Shown piece by piece: positions 9,901 through 17,848 of a stretch of 56,241 bases of DNA. The stretch is from Bacteroidia bacterium (lineage in GTDB: Bacteria; Bacteroidota; Bacteroidia; B-17B0; Aurantibacillaceae). The notes beneath the pieces were generated by a model. It saw only the letters and a list, made by a program, of their open reading frames with translations, made no database searches and was not told where the DNA came from. The stretch's first letter is position 1. Each line of letters opens with the position of its first letter. Both the position numbers and the translations under genes were made by a program. Where the stretch lies: assembly GCA_018057345.1 (NCBI GenBank), contig JAGPDW010000001.1, positions 13,669-69,909 of the forward strand. The letters run 5' to 3'.

Positions 9901-12561
9901 TTCGTTATAAGCATTAGCTTTAAAACTTTGAACAGTAATAACACCCAAACGTTTGTTATTGTGGGTTACAGGCAGATAAATTATTGATTCTGTATTCTCT
10001 CCTGCAACAGGTTTTTGTTGAAGCTTACCTGATCTTACTAAAAAATCGCCAAAATCGTTTACAACATAATCCTGTTGCGTAACAAATGCTTTTATCGCAG
10101 GTCGTTCTGGATTTTTTTCAAGAGAGTACGAATGCGAAGGCAGTTTCTTTCCTTTTTCAATGGAACCCGGAAAAAACATTTCCCTTTTAGTTTCATCATA
10201 AATACCTATTCCAAGCACCGAAGCATCCATTAGGGTATTTAAATTGGCGTAAACTTTATCAATTATATCATCAACAGACAATGTACTTGTGATGTCATTT
10301 CCAATAGTTCCTAATAATTTTGTGCTCTTATAGGTGCGCTCAATTTCTTCTTTTTGCTTTACAACTTCTAATGTTCGTTCGGCCACCTTCTCTTCCATTA
10401 ATTCAAAGAGATTGGCATTCTCAATAGCGATCGCAACGTAAGTGGCTAATGTTTTTAAAATATCTCGATGATAATCGGTGTAAGCATGTTTTGTAAAACT
10501 TTGAACGCTTACACAACCCAAAACCTTTTCGCCCATTAAAATTGGGTAAAAGATCATGGAATAAGGCATCTCTCCGCTTACTATGCTAATTTGCTTTGTG
10601 TATTTTTTATACTCAACGGAAAGATCGTTGATGAATATCTCCTTTTTTGTGCCTACACATATAACTGAATAGTTCTCAACTGCAGTCATTGGAACTTCTA
10701 TGATCTCTTTAAGCCTTACTCCTCTTTCAATACCGTATTTATATTCAATTACATTTTTTTGATGATTCAATAGATCCACCCCAAAGAAACCGGCATCCAT
10801 TAAATTAGAAACGCAATTGTACAACTTGTTGAATATTTCCTCGAAATTTAATGTGGAAGTGATCTGTTGCCCGAGTTCACTGAGTAATTTATTATTTTGA
10901 TAAGCTCTTTCAACTTCTTCTTTTTTTAATATTGCTTCGGCGGTGCGTTCAGTTATTTTTTTATCTTGTTCTTCATATAAACTTGCGTTATCCAATGCAA
11001 TAGCAGTATAAGAAGCTAAATTGCGCAAAACGTTTACTTGATACGGGCTGTAAGCATTTGTACGGAAGCTTTGTACAGTGATAACTCCAACCGTTTTACC
11101 TTTTAAGAATAATGGCAAATAAATAATAGACAGCGCTTTCTTTCCAAAAGTAGGTATTGCAGATGCTTTAAAATATTTATCTATTTCTTTATCAAAATCA
11201 TTTATGATTATTTCTTTTCCACCTTCAAAACACATCACCGATAATTTCTCCTTATCAGCGATATCGTATTTAATGTCATTAAATTTCTCTCCACCTTCAA
11301 TAAATAAAGGGAAAATGATCTGTCCTTTATCTTGTTTGTATAAACCAATGCCAAATCCTGCAGCATCCATTAAGCGGTTCACTTGTCCGTATACGGTATC
11401 TACAATATCACCAACGTTTAATTGCGAAATGATCTTTTGACCAATTTCGCCCATCAATACAAGATTATTAGAGTAGTTCTCTAGCTCCTTGGCGCGTTCT
11501 TCTAGAATAGTCCGCTCTGTTTGAGATTGCAGTACTCTGTTTTGCAATTCAAAACTTTTTGAGAGTTGCGTACTTTTGTGGTTACGCACATCTTCTTTTG
11601 CCTGGTGGTAGATCTTGTAGTAACGAAGCGCCTCGTTTGTTTCTCCTAATTTTTCATAGAGTTCGGCCAGTTTTTCACTTGATTGATAAATTCCTTCTTT
11701 GGAACCAACAAGCAATGAAATATCGTAGGCCTGTTTTAAATATGATACGGCTTTATCCAGATCATTCTTTACAAAAAAAAGATTGCCGAGATTATTTAGT
11801 GTAACTGCCTCTCCAAATTTAAATCCGGTCTCCTTACGTATCTCTAAACATTTATTAAAATAATGTTCGGCCTTGTCGTGCTCCTTAAGCGCGATATGAG
11901 TATTGCCTAAGCCATTTAATGCAAAAGCCTCTTCTTGCTTGCTTTGAATTTCCTTTGATAGCACATAGCACTTTGTATAAAACTCAAGTGCCTTTTTGTA
12001 GTCCTTTAAATTAAGGTACGTTTCTGCTATACTATCTTGAACGCTTAAGAGACTCTCACGTGAATTACTTTCCGTGCTGATCTTCGCGCTTTTCAATAGT
12101 GGGTCAAGTGCTTTCTCGTATTGTTCAATAGCGCAATAAACAGCACCAATGCCATTTAGCGCACTCGCTATGCCTTGATCGTTATTAATTTCATTATTGA
12201 TGTCTAGACTTTTTTTATAATACCGCATGGCAGTATCATAATCTGAAAGGAAGTAAAAATTAGTACCAAGGTTAACATAAACCATAGCCTCATTCACTTT
12301 ATCTTTCAACGATTGAAAAAGCCCTATAGCTTCAAAACAATATTGGGCACCTTTTTCATTTTCGGACATCCAGATGTATAGGGTGCCTATAGTTTTTTTT
12401 GCATGAGCAACTCCAACCGAATACTCTATTGCTGTAGCTTTTTCTAAAGCAAGTGATGCAAGTTCCATGGCTTTATCATCGTTCTTGCCCTTGGCGTTCC
12501 ATGCTTCTTTATTAAGAGCATCGATCTCATGAAGTTTATTATTACCTACAGTAGTGTCCAT
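3931..12561 (-). CDS. Giant cytoplasmic TPR - 12xGAF - SpoIIE/PP2C phosphatase (2876 aa)
   Basis: N-terminal TPRs (about 330 aa), then 12 copies of a GAF-like unit ending (I/V)TVQSF..NAY....IL.NLA.Y.AIA.DNA.LY. C-terminal SpoIIE motifs are intact. No signal peptide or TM segment seen. Confidence 0.93.
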   Translation of the reverse strand: MDTTVGNNKLHEIDALNKEAWNAKGKNDDKAMELASLALEKATAIEYSVGVAHAKKTIGTLYIWMSENEKGAQYCFEAIGLFQSLKDKVNEAMVYVNLGTNFYFLSDYDTAMRYYKKSLDINNEINNDQGIASALNGIGAVYCAIEQYEKALDPLLKSAKISTESNSRESLLSVQDSIAETYLNLKDYKKALEFYTKCYVLSKEIQSKQEEAFALNGLGNTHIALKEHDKAEHYFNKCLEIRKETGFKFGEAVTLNNLGNLFFVKNDLDKAVSYLKQAYDISLLVGSKEGIYQSSEKLAELYEKLGETNEALRYYKIYHQAKEDVRNHKSTQLSKSFELQNRVLQSQTERTILEERAKELENYSNNLVLMGEIGQKIISQLNVGDIVDTVYGQVNRLMDAAGFGIGLYKQDKGQIIFPLFIEGGEKFNDIKYDIADKEKLSVMCFEGGKEIIINDFDKEIDKYFKASAIPTFGKKALSIIYLPLFLKGKTVGVITVQSFRTNAYSPYQVNVLRNLASYTAIALDNASLYEEQDKKITERTAEAILKKEEVERAYQNNKLLSELGQQITSTLNFEEIFNKLYNCVSNLMDAGFFGVDLLNHQKNVIEYKYGIERGVRLKEIIEVPMTAVENYSVICVGTKKEIFINDLSVEYKKYTKQISIVSGEMPYSMIFYPILMGEKVLGCVSVQSFTKHAYTDYHRDILKTLATYVAIAIENANLFELMEEKVAERTLEVVKQKEEIERTYKSTKLLGTIGNDITSTLSVDDIIDKVYANLNTLMDASVLGIGIYDETKREMFFPGSIEKGKKLPSHSYSLEKNPERPAIKAFVTQQDYVVNDFGDFLVRSGKLQQKPVAGENTESIIYLPVTHNNKRLGVITVQSFKANAYNEYHVQIVKNMAVYVAIAIENANLYTNLEERVIERTEEIKATYQNSKLLSELGQEITSTLNLEEIFSKLYTYLSGLMDTGNFGVRLYNQTRNVIEYKYGIEKGVRLESMEVSMEDIDNYSVWCVLNKKEVFIGDNQKEYTKYVRRIRVVTGDLPHSLIFYPVMIGDRVLGCITVQSFEYNAYTDYHLDILKSLATYTAIAMENANLFEVMEERVKERTLEVTKQKEEIERTYTSTKLLGKIGNDITSTRSVDEIIDKVYANLNTLMDAAGFGIGVHKPEQDLIEFPLYIEGDQKYDNVSYSAKEKDKLACICFNGRKDIVINDFKNEIEQYVGYVQAPLQGKVVESIIYLPLTLKDKTLGVITVQSFSKNAYKSHHLEILRNLAVYVAIAIDNANLYAGLEERVNERTNEINTAYQNNRLLSEIGQQITSTLNFEDVFERLHKYINQLMEAEVFSVRIYHKEADQVEYKYEIEKGVRDYEAFRITADPNVNLTAWVIKNRKEVILNDYKNEVKKYAKDSKIMIGETPDSLLLVPIVIGDRVLGAMTVQAFKRNAYTSYHLDILKNLASYTAIAFDNALLYETMEDKVKQRTAEVVLQKEEIEKTYENTRILSQIGKDISNTFSIQEIINKVYPNINTLMDATCFGIGIYRDRSNEIVFPATIERKKHLMPYTYSLKDIDRPAVWCYTTQNDYIINHFSEEFVKSNKVQDYQAKEGDNPESIIYVPITQSSKKIGVITVQSFKANAYKEYHLQILKSLAVYVAIAIDNVSLYNNLEDRVRERTEEIEKNYNDTRLLGEISKELSSSLSVETIISSVYKNIHQLMKADSFGIGIYNAKKQAIEFNGFRENQTVLDPLSIDVNDQNRLGAICFKQKVDIIINDFITEHSKYIKLERKPIRGNDNMSVVYLPLMSKNEPIGLITVQSLDKDSYSEYQVNILQNLAVSIGIALDNAALYETLEEKVKERTLEVTKQKEEVERTYENTRLLSEIGKEISGTLSIEAIITKVYDHINKLMDASALGIGIYREAENDLFHPCIIEKGKKLPPFSYPLDVERIATRCFKENKEFVINDWLNEHGKYVKSKGYAPVEGENPQSVIYIPISLKDKTIGVLSVQSFETNAYKDYQLNILRNLAIYIASAIETANLYKSMEDRVEKRTEEIRIAYDNTRLLGEMAEDISSSLSVETIISKVYQNVNKIMKADCFGIGIYNETNNQLEFKGFVENDQLMDDYGYAANDRNRLASLCFTDQKDLVINDYTIEYSKYFEGTQAPVSGKDSSSIIYLPLYSKEKAVGVITVQSFDKNVYTEYHYNILKGIAVSVGTALDNANLYQNLEEKVNERTKEVVKQKEEIEKANENTRLLSQIGKDITSTLSIPALIEKVYSNVNSLMDATGFGIGVYNKETEQIVFPSYIEGGEKFDAFAYDKDDMNRLTNVCFFNRREIMINNFLREIKHYISNYVPPLMGQQVESILYLPLILNDKALGVITVQSFKRNAYKDNDLQMLKNLAVYVAIAIDNASLYENMELRVVERTKEVTQQKERLEKNFNDTKLIAQISKVITASLSVETIISMAYESINNLMSAESFGIGLYNEKSKSLQFPGFIERSEKMQFFEFFLTDKNRFAVWCFENEQEILINDIMLEYNMYIKDLKAPIAGETPLSVIYMPLFSKEKKIGVITVQSFSKNAYNEYQHNVLRNIANSVAVAIDNAALYENLEEKVKARTDEVFSQKAIIEAKNKDITDSIQYAKKIQLALMSETQLFNETFKESFVLFRPKDIVSGDFYWATKKIAPVINEKGELENHEMVYLAVCDSTGHGVPGAFMSLLNISYLNEAINEKNLTSPDEVFNFVRKKLITNISKEGQKDGFDGTLLCVNKTTGEVNYSAALNSPILVSEKTMTELKCDRMPVGYGEKQDKFSLNTVNVKKGDRLYIYTDGYADQFGGPRGKKFMSKKLNEFIHSISGLSLGKQSELLVRIFEDWKGNLEQIDDVCIIGLKF
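4785..11470 (-). repeat. Intragenic tandem array of 12 diverged GAF modules (about 550-575 bp each)
   Basis: Twelve TVQS/AF-type motifs counted in the translation, each followed by an 'E.V.ERT' linker. Confidence 0.9.
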
Positions 12562-12683
12562 TGGAAATTACAAGGTAACGAAAATTTTGCGTTTATTTTA
12601 ATTTCATTTTACTATATATTGTTGTTAATCAGGAAGTTGATATACGTTATTGATTTCACTTTTTAATTCAGTGGTATAAAAAT

Positions 12684-12713
12684 AAAAAAGGCCTTTCGTT
12701 TGAAAGACCTTTT
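12684..12713 (-). terminator. Rho-independent terminator after gcvP
   Basis: Minus strand AAAAGGTCTTTC-aaac-GAAAGGCCTTTTTT hairpin plus U tract, about 20 nt after the gcvP stop. Confidence 0.7.
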
Positions 12714-12734
12714 AATAAGACATTTTGAATTTTC

Positions 12735-15593
12735 TTAAGCTTCTACCGCCTCATTCATATATGCTTCAATTGGCGCGCATGAACAAACCAAGTTTCTATC
12801 ACCAAATGCATTATCAACTTTGCCGACACTTGGCCAAAATTTATTTGCTCTTACCCAAGGCAATGGAAACGCAGCTTTTTCGCGACCGTAAGGCTTATTA
12901 TAATTATCTGCTACAATTAATTTTGCTGTATGCGGCGCATTCTTAATTACATTATTTGTTTTATCGGCTTTGCCATCTATGATCTCTTGTATTTCCTTTC
13001 GGATAGTGATCATTGCTTCACAGAAACGATCTAGCTCTTCTTTACTTTCGCTTTCGGTTGGCTCGATCATTAACGTATCATGAACAGGGAACGAAACTGT
13101 AGGCGCATGGAAACCATAATCCATCAAACGCTTTGCAATATCACCAACTTCAACACCACTTGCCATTTTGAAATCGCTGCAATCTAAGATCATTTCATGC
13201 GCGCAACGCCCTTTTGATCCCGTATACAATATTTTATAATGCTCTTTAAATAATTCTTTCATATAGTTGGCATTTAAAATGGCTATTTCAGTTGCAGCTT
13301 TTAAACCATCGCTACCTAACATTTTTATATAACCATAACTGATCAATAAGATCAATGCACTACCATATGGTGCCGAACTTACCGCGTGAATTCCTTTTTC
13401 GCTTCCGGTATTTACAACCGTGTGCGAGGGTAAGTACGGAACTAATTTTTCAACTACACCAATTGGTCCCATACCAGGGCCGCCACCACCATGTGGAATA
13501 GCGAATGTTTTGTGCAGGTTCAAGTGACAAACATCAGCGCCAATATTTCCGGGTGATGTTAACCCAACTTGCGCATTCATATTTGCACCATCCATATAAA
13601 CTAATCCGCCATTATCGTGAATGATCTTTGTGATCTCGGTAATTCCTTCTTCATACACACCATGTGTACTTGGATACGTGATCATAATACAACTCAAGTT
13701 ATCTTTATGCTGTACCGCTTTTTCTTTTAGATCAGCAATATCCACATTACCTTTCTCATCACATTTTACAATGATGATATTCATTCCTGCCATAGCAGCA
13801 CTTGCCGGATTTGTTCCATGGGCCGATTTAGGTATAAGTGCAACGTTACGATGAGCGCCTTTATTTGCAATATGATACTGACGAATTACCATCAAACCTG
13901 CGTACTCACCTTGCGCACCTGAATTTGGCTGAAAACTCATTCTTGCAAAACCTGTGATATTACTCAGGTCTCTATCTAATGTGTTTATTAATTCTAAATA
14001 TCCTGCTGCCTGATCAATAGGAACAAACGGATGAATATTGGCGAACTCAGGCCATGTTAACGGTAATAATTCTGACGCAGCATTTAATTTCATTGTGCAT
14101 GATCCTAATGATATCATTGAGTGTACTAATGAAAGATCTTTATTTTCCAAACGTTTGATATAACGCATCATGTCACTTTCGCTATGGAATGTATTGAATG
14201 TTGGATGAGTAAGGAAGTTCGATTTACGATTTACGATCGACGAATGGATGAGCTTAGAATTATTTACACTTGTGATCGCTTTTGCGCCAAACACTGAAAG
14301 AATATCGTTGATGTCTTCCATCTCAACCGTTTGATCTAAAGAAATACCAACGTGTTTATCATCTATCTTTCTGAAATTTATTCCCTTTGCTTCTGCAGCA
14401 GAAAGTATTTTTTTAGCATCGCACGCAACAACGATCGTATCAAAATATAATTTGTTGTTGATTGTTAAGCCTGCTTTTTTCAATTCTTCGGCAACAGTAT
14501 TGGTTGCATTATGAACTCCTTGTGCAATGGCTTTTATGCCTTCTTGTCCGTGATACACTGCATACATACTTGCCATGATAGCTAACAATGCTTGCGCTGT
14601 ACAAATATTGGACGTTGCCTTATCGCGTTTGATATGTTGCTCGCGTGTTTGCAATGCCATACGCAAAGCTTGATTTCCTTCGCTATCAACACTTACGCCA
14701 ATGATACGGCCGGGAAGTAAACGTTTGTAATCTTCTTTACATGTAAAAAATGCAGCGTGCGGTCCACCATAACCTAATGGAACACCAAAACGTTGTGAGT
14801 TTCCGTAAACAACATCAGCACCCCACTCGCCCGGAGGCGTTAATAATGCTAATGCTAAAAGATCAGAACCAACAGCCACTTGAATTTCTAAGGATTTACA
14901 TTTTTCAATGTATTTGCTATAATCAACTGCTTCGCCATTGATATCAGGATATTGAATGATAGATCCAAAATAAGATGCATCTAAATTTGTTGCATTGATA
15001 TCACCAACTACCACTTCAATTCCAACAGGAGCTGAACGCGTGATAATCACATCGATCACTTGTGGGAATAGTGTGTTGCTTACAAACAATTTATTAGCGT
15101 TTGCTTTTTGTTTGTCGCGACTTCTATTTGAATAGAACATAAACACTGCTTCTGCTGCTGCAGTGGCTTCGTCTAGTAAACTTGCATTAGCAATTGGCAT
15201 AGCAGTTAGGTCCATCACCATTGTTTGGAAATTTAAAATAGCTTCCAAACGTCCTTGCGCGATCTCCGCTTGATAAGGCGTATACGCTGTGTACCAACCC
15301 GGATTTTCTAAAATATTACGCTGAATAACAGCAGGTAAAATTGTATTGTAATAGCCTAAGCCAATATAACTGCGAAATACTTTGTTCTTTTTTCCTAAAG
15401 CACGCAAATGTTTGCTGTATTGAAATTCGCTCATTGCAGCACCAACCTTTAAAGGTTCTTTTAAACGGATATTTGCCGGAACAGTTTGATTGATCAATTC
15501 ATCTACACTTGAAACACCGATCTTTTTTAGCATTTGTTTCACTTCGTGTTCGCGTGGACCATTGTGGCGCGTAATAAATTTGTCTGTTGTCAT
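12735..15593 (-). CDS. gcvP: Glycine dehydrogenase (decarboxylating), glycine cleavage system P protein
   Basis: YTAYTPYQAEIAQGRLE, QTREQHIKRDKATSNICTAQAL, LGSCTMKLNA, and PLP lysine motif HLNLHKTFAIPHGGGGPG. Confidence 0.98.
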   Translation of the reverse strand: MTTDKFITRHNGPREHEVKQMLKKIGVSSVDELINQTVPANIRLKEPLKVGAAMSEFQYSKHLRALGKKNKVFRSYIGLGYYNTILPAVIQRNILENPGWYTAYTPYQAEIAQGRLEAILNFQTMVMDLTAMPIANASLLDEATAAAEAVFMFYSNRSRDKQKANANKLFVSNTLFPQVIDVIITRSAPVGIEVVVGDINATNLDASYFGSIIQYPDINGEAVDYSKYIEKCKSLEIQVAVGSDLLALALLTPPGEWGADVVYGNSQRFGVPLGYGGPHAAFFTCKEDYKRLLPGRIIGVSVDSEGNQALRMALQTREQHIKRDKATSNICTAQALLAIMASMYAVYHGQEGIKAIAQGVHNATNTVAEELKKAGLTINNKLYFDTIVVACDAKKILSAAEAKGINFRKIDDKHVGISLDQTVEMEDINDILSVFGAKAITSVNNSKLIHSSIVNRKSNFLTHPTFNTFHSESDMMRYIKRLENKDLSLVHSMISLGSCTMKLNAASELLPLTWPEFANIHPFVPIDQAAGYLELINTLDRDLSNITGFARMSFQPNSGAQGEYAGLMVIRQYHIANKGAHRNVALIPKSAHGTNPASAAMAGMNIIIVKCDEKGNVDIADLKEKAVQHKDNLSCIMITYPSTHGVYEEGITEITKIIHDNGGLVYMDGANMNAQVGLTSPGNIGADVCHLNLHKTFAIPHGGGGPGMGPIGVVEKLVPYLPSHTVVNTGSEKGIHAVSSAPYGSALILLISYGYIKMLGSDGLKAATEIAILNANYMKELFKEHYKILYTGSKGRCAHEMILDCSDFKMASGVEVGDIAKRLMDYGFHAPTVSFPVHDTLMIEPTESESKEELDRFCEAMITIRKEIQEIIDGKADKTNNVIKNAPHTAKLIVADNYNKPYGREKAAFPLPWVRANKFWPSVGKVDNAFGDRNLVCSCAPIEAYMNEAVEA

Positions 15594-15622
15594 ACTCGGG
15601 AGATTTTAAAAAATTTGAGTAA

Positions 15623-15630
15623 CAAATATA
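15623..15630 (-). promoter_or_regulatory. Bacteroidota sigma-A -7 element (TATATTTG) for gcvP
   Basis: Exact TAnnTTTG match 30 nt upstream of the ATG. Confidence 0.55.
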
Positions 15631-15745
15631 GTAATTTCCAGGGGGTTTTGAAAGCCAAAAACAGTTGAAAACCGGTTGAAAAGTAGGGGTTTTAGGGCTT
15701 TGTAAGAAGCTGAGATAACTTGCGTTGTATAGAAAATAGAAAGGT

Positions 15746-16675
15746 CTATTCTTTAATGATCTTTTTTATGCCTAAAAATTGGCCTGCGCTATAAAGGCGA
15801 ACAAAATATATGCCCTTGGTTAATTTCTCGACATTGACGATATAAGCCATTTGGTTTTTTGAAGTGCTAACCAATACTTCTCTTCCGGCAAGATCAAATA
15901 TTTTTACCTCTATTTGCTCTCCGTTTTTAGAAGCAATGTTTAAAACGGCACCAACAGGGTCGGGATAAAATTTGAATTCAGGAAGTTCATGTTCAGTTAT
16001 ATTTGTAGGGTCGTAATAGCAAATTGTTATGCCGACTTTTTTATAAAGAGCAAAACCAGGGTCTGAATAGCAATTGAATTCTCCATATCCAGGCCCATCA
16101 ATAATACAATGATATGATGGGAATAAAAATCCTGAAGTACTGCCAATTTTCTCAACTAATGTTATCGTTGAAGTTCCCCATGCTGAATAAGTAACCACAA
16201 CTTGTTTTAATGTTTGACTATTTATTGACACCGTGCCCGAACCTATTACAGTTACTACTGGCTTTGTAAAAGGACAGCCATTATTTGTAAACGTTGAAGT
16301 TGGCAACATTGAAAGAAGCCACTTATCGCCAACTGCTGCATTAAAATTTGCAATAGTATCAAATTTATTCATGTCTGCATCGTACCTATAATAAACGCCG
16401 TTATTTGCGTACGTTTTCTCGTCTACATAATTATTAATAGTTGTAGAAGGCGACCAAGCTCCCATTGTTTTACCGTAGTAAGTTCCAATAATATTTTGAC
16501 ACACAATACTGTTTACCATCACCGTATTTGTAACGTTCAGTTCTAATACGCCATCATAATAAGGATAATTTGGGTAATTCAATCTATAATGCCATTGAGC
16601 GCCGATAGGAGCCCAAGTTTGTGCCTTAGCTTGAAAACAAAATGCAATTAAAGGTATGAGTAACATTTTCCTCAT
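15746..16675 (-). CDS. Secreted protein with T9SS type A C-terminal sorting domain
   Basis: Signal peptide ending AKA-Q. C-terminus FYPDPV...KIFDLAGREV...LTKGIYFVRL...KKIIKE. Confidence 0.85.
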   Translation of the reverse strand: MRKMLLIPLIAFCFQAKAQTWAPIGAQWHYRLNYPNYPYYDGVLELNVTNTVMVNSIVCQNIIGTYYGKTMGAWSPSTTINNYVDEKTYANNGVYYRYDADMNKFDTIANFNAAVGDKWLLSMLPTSTFTNNGCPFTKPVVTVIGSGTVSINSQTLKQVVVTYSAWGTSTITLVEKIGSTSGFLFPSYHCIIDGPGYGEFNCYSDPGFALYKKVGITICYYDPTNITEHELPEFKFYPDPVGAVLNIASKNGEQIEVKIFDLAGREVLVSTSKNQMAYIVNVEKLTKGIYFVRLYSAGQFLGIKKIIKE

Positions 16676-16723
16676 TAATTAAATGTACAAAAAATATGAT
16701 GTAATCACAAATGGTAATTAAAC

Positions 16724-16752
16724 GTTTAAGGCCACATACCGTGGCCTTAAAC
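16724..16752 (-). terminator. Hairpin terminator after korB
   Basis: Perfect 12-bp stem GTTTAAGGCCAC-atacc-GTGGCCTTAAAC. Confidence 0.6.
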
Positions 16753-16794
16753 AATTTTCTTCTAAAAAAATAAACTTATGTGTTCTCTGATCAA

Positions 16795-17847
16795 TCAACG
16801 CAAACCTGCATTAATTTCTTCTAATGCTTTAGAGCCCGGGCAAAGATCTGATTTCTTAAGCGTATTTAATGGTTTATCGCTGGTTTGAAGTAAATGATGT
16901 AGATCTTGACTATCAGGATTTACATACAACAATCCCGTAAGGATCTCATTTTTTGTTTTTGCATTTAGCACAGCGTTCATTGCCGACTGTCTGCTTAACG
17001 GATCCCAATCTTCTGATAATTTGTGGAGATCAAGTATAGAACCGTCGTGCATTTTCACTTGCTTATGACTTCCTTTTCCGTACTCCACGCTTATTTCTTG
17101 CATTTGAGGAACAAAATCAACAGTAGCTGTTGCTTCAATATGTTCGCGAACAAAATCGTATGATTTAGTTGAGCCAACATTATTATTAAATGTTACACAA
17201 GGAGAAATAACATTAATAAATGCGAAACCGGGATGCTTTAATCCTGCTTTTATAAGTGGGATCAATTGTGTTTTATCGCCCGAAAAACTTTGCGCTACAA
17301 ATGTTGCTCCTAATTCAATTGCTAAGCTTGCAAGATCAATGGATTCAAATAAATTTACTTGCCCCGTTTTATTTTTAGAACCCTCATCAGCAGTTGCTGA
17401 ATCTTGTCCTTTTGTTAAACCATAACATCCATTATTCATTACAATATAAAGCATGTTAAGGTTACGGCGAATAACGTGAACAAATTGTCCCATACCAATA
17501 GAAGCTGTATCTCCATCACCCGAAACACCAAGATAAATAAGATCGCGGTTTGCCATGTTTGCTCCTGTAGCAACAGAGGGCATACGACCGTGAACTGAAT
17601 TAAACCCATGCGAGTTACTTAAAAAATACGCGGGTGTTTTTGATGAACAGCCAATGCCCGAAAGTTTTGCCAAACGGTGCGGTTCAATATTCATCTCATA
17701 ACACGCTTGAATAACTCCTGCACTAATTGAATCGTGACCGCAACCGGCACACAAAGTAGAAAGGGATCCCTCGTAATAATCAATTGTATAGCCTAGTTTA
17801 TTTTTAGGTAATTCAGGGTGACGGAATGTGGGGCGAACGTAACTCAT
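16795..17847 (-). CDS. korB: 2-oxoacid:ferredoxin oxidoreductase beta subunit (TPP-binding)
   Basis: LCAGCGH, SGIGCSSKTP, HGRMPS, TPP motif GDGD...NNGCYGLTKGQ, SPCVTFN. Substrate specificity not determined. Confidence 0.93.
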   Translation of the reverse strand: MSYVRPTFRHPELPKNKLGYTIDYYEGSLSTLCAGCGHDSISAGVIQACYEMNIEPHRLAKLSGIGCSSKTPAYFLSNSHGFNSVHGRMPSVATGANMANRDLIYLGVSGDGDTASIGMGQFVHVIRRNLNMLYIVMNNGCYGLTKGQDSATADEGSKNKTGQVNLFESIDLASLAIELGATFVAQSFSGDKTQLIPLIKAGLKHPGFAFINVISPCVTFNNNVGSTKSYDFVREHIEATATVDFVPQMQEISVEYGKGSHKQVKMHDGSILDLHKLSEDWDPLSRQSAMNAVLNAKTKNEILTGLLYVNPDSQDLHHLLQTSDKPLNTLKKSDLCPGSKALEEINAGLR

Positions 17848-17848
17848 A

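Noticed and set aside
4785-11470. GAF array as an assembly artefact
   Set aside because: The repeats are well diverged in DNA and protein sequence and the frame stays open throughout.
2680-11804. Many plus-strand ORFs that resemble one another (e.g. MPNPAASI...)
   Set aside because: The similarity comes from being antisense to the repeated GAF modules and neighbouring phosphatase genes.
15594-15745. Glycine riboswitch upstream of gcvP
   Set aside because: A promoter box lies 30 nt from the ATG and no aptamer-like sequence is visible.
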